Assembly (NCBI GenBank): GCA_965287045.1
Contig: OZ336874.1
Coordinates: 78,802,001 to 78,866,000 of the forward strand
DNA: 64,000 bases
Direction of reading: 5' to 3'
Source: Carcharhinus amblyrhynchos
Taxonomy: Eukaryota
Part shown: one piece after another, positions 58,146 to 64,000 of the stretch
Position numbering within the stretch: the first letter of the stretch is position 1
Layout: the number at the start of each line of letters is the position of its first letter
Made by a program: the position numbers and the translations under genes
Notes under the pieces: generated by a model
What the model was told of the DNA's origin: nothing
What the model saw: the letters and a program-made list of their open reading frames with translations, nothing else
Database searches by the model: none

Positions 58146-58212
58146 AATGTGTTTGAGAAACATGCAACAGGTACCAAAAAAGCAGCTAATAACCGATTTT
58201 AGTTAGAGATTT

Positions 58213-58801
58213 GTTACTTTGTAGAGTTAATGGACCTTTTTTTTCTTTAGATTATCCTGGGATTTTAGACTATGTATACAAAGTCATCAGAGTTTTGATT
58301 AGATTGATTGACAGGAACAAAATCATGTGATTAATGGGAGAAGCTAAGGTTGCAGGACAGACCAGTTTCATTTTCATTTTAAAATACAAACTGTTCCTGC
58401 CTGGACCTTCTAGAAGAAACATGTGTCTCTCTGTCTCCCTCTCTCTCCATTGGTTTTCGGAAAGCTTCAGGACTGTTTTGCAAAGTCACAAGTAAGTATG
58501 CCTGTATTTAAATCTATAAGACAAATATTGCTTGATTGTAACTCAGTAATAGGTTAGCAGTTAAGAATTGTATCTTTTCATGTTTAAGTATTGTTCAGTT
58601 TTTAAAACTTAAGCTAATTAATTTGTTTTAGTTAAACTGTGTTGTTAAATAAAGTTGTTTTGATAAAAGCTTCCCAGTTTTTCAGTAGAATTATACCTAG
58701 AGTGAAACATCATATTCTCACATTAGTGCCAAAATAGAAAACTGTTGTGGTCTAATCTGCCTTCATAATATACCTTGGAGTTTCTGATTGGTACCCAAAC
58801 A
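58213..58801 (+). mobile_element. Possible solo LTR
   Basis: TGTT...AACA ends, internal CT-rich segment and AATAAA at ~58648; by-eye resemblance only. Confidence 0.35.
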
Positions 58802-60161
58802 ATAGGGGCACAACAAAATAGCAAAATAAACAAAACATTTGTAACTGACAATAAATATGTCTGACAAAGTGCATCCACATTAAGATTGTATAAACCAGAC
58901 AATAATGGCAGGTGAAACAGGGAATAATGAACTTGCATTCACAGCATGGTGCAATTCCAACCTCGGGGACACTGTCAGGGCAAGAAGTCAATTAGAGGTT
59001 AGGATTTATGTTCAGCAGAGAATGGCAAGGTAGATGAGTAAATCAGCCTACAAAACACCTTCTGCCTGGATTAAACCACTATGGTCAAACACCTGGGGCA
59101 GACTGGGAGTGGTACTTAAAAGAAGGATATTAATTCTTCCTTTTAAAAAAGTACAAATTATATAAAAGATCAGAAATTAGATTTCAAAATTGTTCCTCTT
59201 CAAAAACCCAAGGTTTTACCTCCCTCGGCTTGACGTTACACAAGTTATGCTCCATTTGATGATGCAAACCCTCCTCTGCTTGGGCTAGATATCCCTTTTA
59301 ATTCTGTGGATGACAACTCCATCTATCACGTAACATGGAGCCTCCCACTCAACCTCTGTGTTGATGCAGTGAAAAATATAACTGCAGGTATGAGGATTGA
59401 AATGGGCTGTGCATAAACATACTATTCATCTTAAATAACAACAGAAACGGCTTGATCAACTGAGTATTTCCAGCATTAAGAGGAGTGAAAAAGAGTTAAT
59501 GTTTGAAATCACTGACTTTGTATCCATATTCCTGTTAAATGCAATAGTTGGATGTGTAAAATTCATACTACACAACAAAAACAGATTTTGATAATCATAT
59601 TCCAATTTAAATTGAAATTGTATAGCCCACATAAAAGAATGCATCAACTGTAAATTGAAAAAAATATTTATCTTAAAATTTGGGAATGAAAAATCCATTT
59701 GAATTAGATAATTTTATGTTGGTTTGTAATGCACTCTCAAGTCAAGGATAGCTAAAAATAAAAATTACTTTGTATATAACTTAAAAAGCCATCTCATGAA
59801 AGATTTGAAGACATTCCATTGTGAATATGCCATTTTGAACAAACATAGCCAGTTGAGAGATGCAAAAGCCATAAAGCTGACACAGGAAATGTGCAGACAT
59901 AATTTAAATCCAATCCATTCAGATACAGAACTCCAAAGCACAGAGATAACACCACAAAGAGCTGATGATGCTTTTACCAAAGGATTAATGAATAAAAATC
60001 AAAGGAAAATGAGTTGCACAAAAAAGTGATGATGAATGGGAAAGCGGAAGAAAAACAAGTTGTCTTCTGGATACTAACAATTATCATAAAGCCTGAGTGT
60101 GACACTTAAGGATTAGGTGGATCCTAAGATATCATACATTGGAGTATCTCAGAGCTGCAAA

Positions 60162-60450
60162 GGGGCTACACAGTGGCACAGTTAACACTGCCGCCTCACA
60201 GCCTAGGGATCTGGGTTCAATTGCAGGCTCGAGTGACTGTGTGGAGTTTGCACATTCTCCCCACGTCTGCGTGGGTCTCCTCTGGGTGATCCAATTTCCT
60301 CCCACAGTCCATGGATGCAGAGGTTAGGTTGATAGTGTCAGGGGGATTATCAGCGTAAATTTGTGGGGGTTATGGGGATAGGGCCTGGGTGGGATTGTTG
60401 TTCATACAGGCTTATTGGGCCAAATGGCCTCCTTCTACACTATGACTCTA
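60162..60450 (+). mobile_element. HE1-type V-SINE
   Basis: Head, V-domain, CR1-like tail. Confidence 0.88.
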
Positions 60451-61176
60451 AAGGGCATTTAGTTCCTATTTCCCAACAGAAGGGCAGCCAGTACTGCAAT
60501 TGATGTGCACTAATGTCCATAATTGAGGACCTTTGATCTTGAGACATTAACTGGAAGTTTATTGGTAAAATCAATCAATGGTTAACAGAAAATGACTTAA
60601 TCACCATACATCAGATCCAAACAAGTTCAATCATTTTACAAATTAGTTGAATAGCACAAGAAGTGTGTACTCAAATTTTAAAGAAAACACATCAAATCAC
60701 TTTGATTTCTTTTTGAAACAAATTGAACATAAGAATTAGGAGCAGGAGTAGGCCATCTGGCCCCTTGAGCCTGCTCTGCCATTTAATATTTAAGTGAGCT
60801 TTGGTATTGGCAGAATTTGCATGCAAATCTACATCTGCGTTTACATAAAATCTTCTACATTAAAAAAAACCTAAGACACTTCACTGAGAGGCAAAGAAAG
60901 AAACAACATTAAGTCGAAGGGCTAGCAAGGTGGTTGGATTTTATATAATTTCTCAAAGGAAGAAACAGAGATAGAGAAGCAAAGGTCGAGGCAGGAAATT
61001 TCAGATTATATGGCCTACGTGGTTAAAAATGCAGATGAGAGATCCAATAACTAATTTTGAAGGCAACAAAGACATGAATGACGATTTCAGGAACAACCAA
61101 AGGGGATGAACAAGGCAAGGAGAAATGGAGAATTGTGGAATTCCATTCCACAGAGTCGAATGGGAATTTAAAAATA

Positions 61177-61473
61177 ATTAAAGTTGTATTGATTATTTGT
61201 GTCACAAGTAGTCTTACATTGACACTGCAATTAAGTTACTGTGAAAATCCCCTAGTCACCATACTCTGGCGCTTGTTCAGGGGGAGAATTTAGCATGGCC
61301 AATGCACCTAACTAGCACATTTTTCAGACTGTGGAAGGAGAGCAGAGCACCTGGAGGAAACCCACACAGACATAAGGAGAATATGCAGTTTCAACATGGT
61401 GATCCAAGCCAGGAATTGGAATTGAACCCAAGTCCCTGCCGCTGTGAGGCTGCAGTGCTATCCATTGTGCCAT
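61177..61473 (-). mobile_element. V-SINE with the alternative tail
   Basis: Reversed tail gtcacaagtagtcttacattgacactgc and reversed V-domain. Confidence 0.85.
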
Positions 61474-62503
61474 TGTTGAGGCATTGGTAGGGAACCGTAG
61501 GAAATACATGTCAGCAAGGACATGGATAATGATCAAATGGTCTTGATGTGTAATGGAGCAATGTTTTGAATGAGTTGAAGATTACAATGGGAAAGATTTT
61601 AATAAATGATTTTGGAGGGAACAAAAACATGAATGAGATTTTCAGAAATGGGTTGGCTTGGTTATGACTGGAAGGTGTTATGAGAGTGGAAAGAAGGAGG
61701 GGATAACAGAGAAGATGTGGAGTTCACTTTAGGATCAAATAAGATGCGAAGGATACAAATAACTTCAACATGGAAGGAACAGGATGGAAGACCAGGAATG
61801 AGACTGTTGGAGAAACCAAAATTAGAGATGCCAAAGCCATGGCTAGGACGAACACAGGTGATTCTGGGTTCTAGGTTCTAGGATGCAATACAATAACATT
61901 ACTCTAAATCATAAACATAGTATTTTGAAATAGTGGGGCTTCCTTGAGAATGATAATTATTAAAATTTATTCCACTATTGCAGTTGAGGTAGAATCCTGA
62001 TTCCTCACGGGTGGCTGAACTTGCTCATAAGAACATTGTATTTTTCATACACAACTCTACGTAGATTATAAAGGTAGTGAAAACTGGCTAAGGCAGGTTT
62101 AGTTTGACCTGAATAAAATTAAAGTGAAGGTTTAATAGATGCAAATTGTTTTGCATTGATTACTTACTTAGGCTGATAAACTGTGTTCAATTGTGGAAGA
62201 CACCTCATTCTTTTTTCTAAGGTTGAATTTTAAAGCGTACGAGAGCTGTATTTTCAGCAATGTGTCATTTACTCAGCTCTATGGTGGATGTTAGAGCTCC
62301 ATTATGACCAGATTAAAAAATTGTTAGAGCTGCTCATTTAAGTTCAGTTTTACTCAGAGAATTAGTGACGAGTTGGATGTTTGAAAATAATAAGCTATGG
62401 GATGAAAGTTAAAAATTCTGTAAGCAAGTTGATATCTGATTTTCAACTACTGATTTGTTAACCTAATTTGTAATTTATGTGAGGCATACGGTCTGATGGT
62501 GTT

Positions 62504-62820
62504 ACATAAGAACATAAGAAATAGGAGCAGGAGTAGGCCAACTAGCCCCTCGAGCCTGCCCCGCCATTCAATAAGATCATGGCTGATCTGTCGTGGCTCA
62601 GTTCCACATTCCCGCCCTCTCCTCATAACCCTTAATCCCCTTGCCTATCAAAAACCTATCAACCCGCATCTTAAAAATATTTAGCGAGGCAGCCTCCACC
62701 ACTTCAACGGGCAGAGAATTCCAGAGATTCACCACCCTTTGAGTGAAGAAGTTCCTCCTCAACTCCGTTCTAAACCACCCCCCCTTTATCTTGAGGCTGT
62801 GCCCTTGAGTCCTAGTCCTG
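62504..62820 (-). mobile_element. CR1/HER1-type LINE 3' end, same young family
   Basis: ORF 62598..62855 ends ...GYEERAGMWN*; (CATAAGAA)n terminus. Confidence 0.95.
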
Positions 62821-62921
62821 TTTATTCTCTCATTATTAAAAGAAGACGGGCACATTCCCTTTTATTTAGGTTTTCATCACCTCATGCTATTCTCAAGCGT
62901 TTCAGATGCGAGTCAAAGTCA

Positions 62922-63248
62922 TTAGAATATTAGAATCCCTGCAGTGCAGAAGGAGGCCATTCGGCCCATCGAGTCTGCACCGACCAAATCCCACCCGGGC
63001 CCTATTCCCATAATCCCACTTATTTACCCTGCTAATCCCCCAACACTAGGGTCAATTAAGAATGGCCAATCAACCTAAACTGCACATCTTTGGACTGTGG
63101 GAGCAAACAGGAGCACCCAGAGGAAACCCATGCAGACACAGGAAGAACATGCAAACTCCACACAGACAGTCAACCCAAGGCCAGAATTGAACCCGGGCCC
63201 CTGGTGCTGTGAGGCAGCCGTGCTAAGCATTGCACCACCATGCTGCCC
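62922..63248 (-). mobile_element. HE1-type V-SINE
   Basis: Reversed tail tagaatccctgcagtgcagaaggaggcc and head. Confidence 0.9.
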
Positions 63249-63271
63249 TCTTGTTCTCGTAGGTGATACTT

Positions 63272-63420
63272 TCAGGGTAGGTAATGGCCCATTGGTTTTA
63301 TCACTGTACCATTAATCCAGAAACTCAGTTAATGTTGTGGGGATCCAGGTTCGAATCCTGCCATGCAGATGGTAAAATTTGAATTCAATATTTTAAAAAA
63401 TCTGGAATTAAGAATCTACT
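63272..63420 (+). mobile_element. tRNA-headed shark SINE 5' part
   Basis: ...taatccagaaactcag...ggttcgaatcc...tttgaattcaat; same family as 9540-9665 (-) and 21559-21750. Confidence 0.65.
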
Positions 63421-64000
63421 GTGCAAAGAAACATGGCAGCCAACTTATGCACGGCTAGATCACACAAGACAAATGACCAACTGATCTCTTTTGTTTTAAG
63501 TTCTTGTTGGATACTCCTAGTGAGAGCTGAATGGGAAGGGTTGTGATTAATATGCTGGAGATTTGCTTGATTAAATGTTGTTCAAATTTTAAAAAGCTTT
63601 AGTTTTGATACTTTAAATGAATTTTTTGCCTCCCCGAGGAGATTAGTTAATTTATTGAGCCTGTGACAGTGAAAGTTGCTCATGATCTTCAGACGAAAGT
63701 TTTTGATACCTTTTATTTGATACACTTTACATCCCTAATTAGACATTTATTTATGATCAACAGATCTGAAATCTCACTCCTTGGATTAATTTTCCTCACT
63801 GTAGTTAGGAAGATACTCATAGCAGGTTGACCAAATGCAAAAGGTGCATCAATTATGACTCTATTCCATGTGACAAAAGGAAGTTATTTTGTGGTATACT
63901 TGTGAAGTGAAAGTCTTTCCCTACCATATTATCAGGATACTTCATGTTGTATGAAGTTATGGCTCATTTCTTGATGCTGTCATTTTAAAATGTGTACAAA

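Noticed and set aside
51400-64000. Exons of a neighbouring gene (e.g. NUDT12 or MACIR) after pdzph1
   Set aside because: No recognisable coding exons on either strand; the ORFs there are TE-derived or featureless.

Overview
Eukaryotic, vertebrate genomic DNA, almost certainly from a cartilaginous fish (shark). The window is dense in HE1-type V-SINEs, HER1/CR1-type LINEs and Penelope-derived hairpins. One spliced protein-coding gene spans 4139-51086 on the + strand. Its 12 coding exons all have GT-AG boundaries with matching phases and join into a 4149-nt CDS (1382 aa). The protein has an Arg/Lys-rich N-terminus, a ~900-aa Ser/Thr/acidic region encoded by one 2.7-kb exon, then PDZ-PH-PH, ending ...PPEQTRM*. 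This architecture matches PDZPH1, which is a pseudogene in human. The rest is introns and intergenic DNA filled with retroelements, including young CR1 copies (one nested in an older CR1), a decayed Gypsy LTR element, an RTE remnant, several SINE families and MITE-like elements. The most unusual structures are a 204-bp-arm fold-back palindrome, two Penelope-derived hairpin insertions with 12-bp TSDs, a SINE 3' end inserted at its homologous position in another SINE, and a 110-bp local duplication bracketing an exon. I found no evidence for a wholly new biological system. Repeat boundaries are approximate and family names come from recognition by eye, not from a database search.
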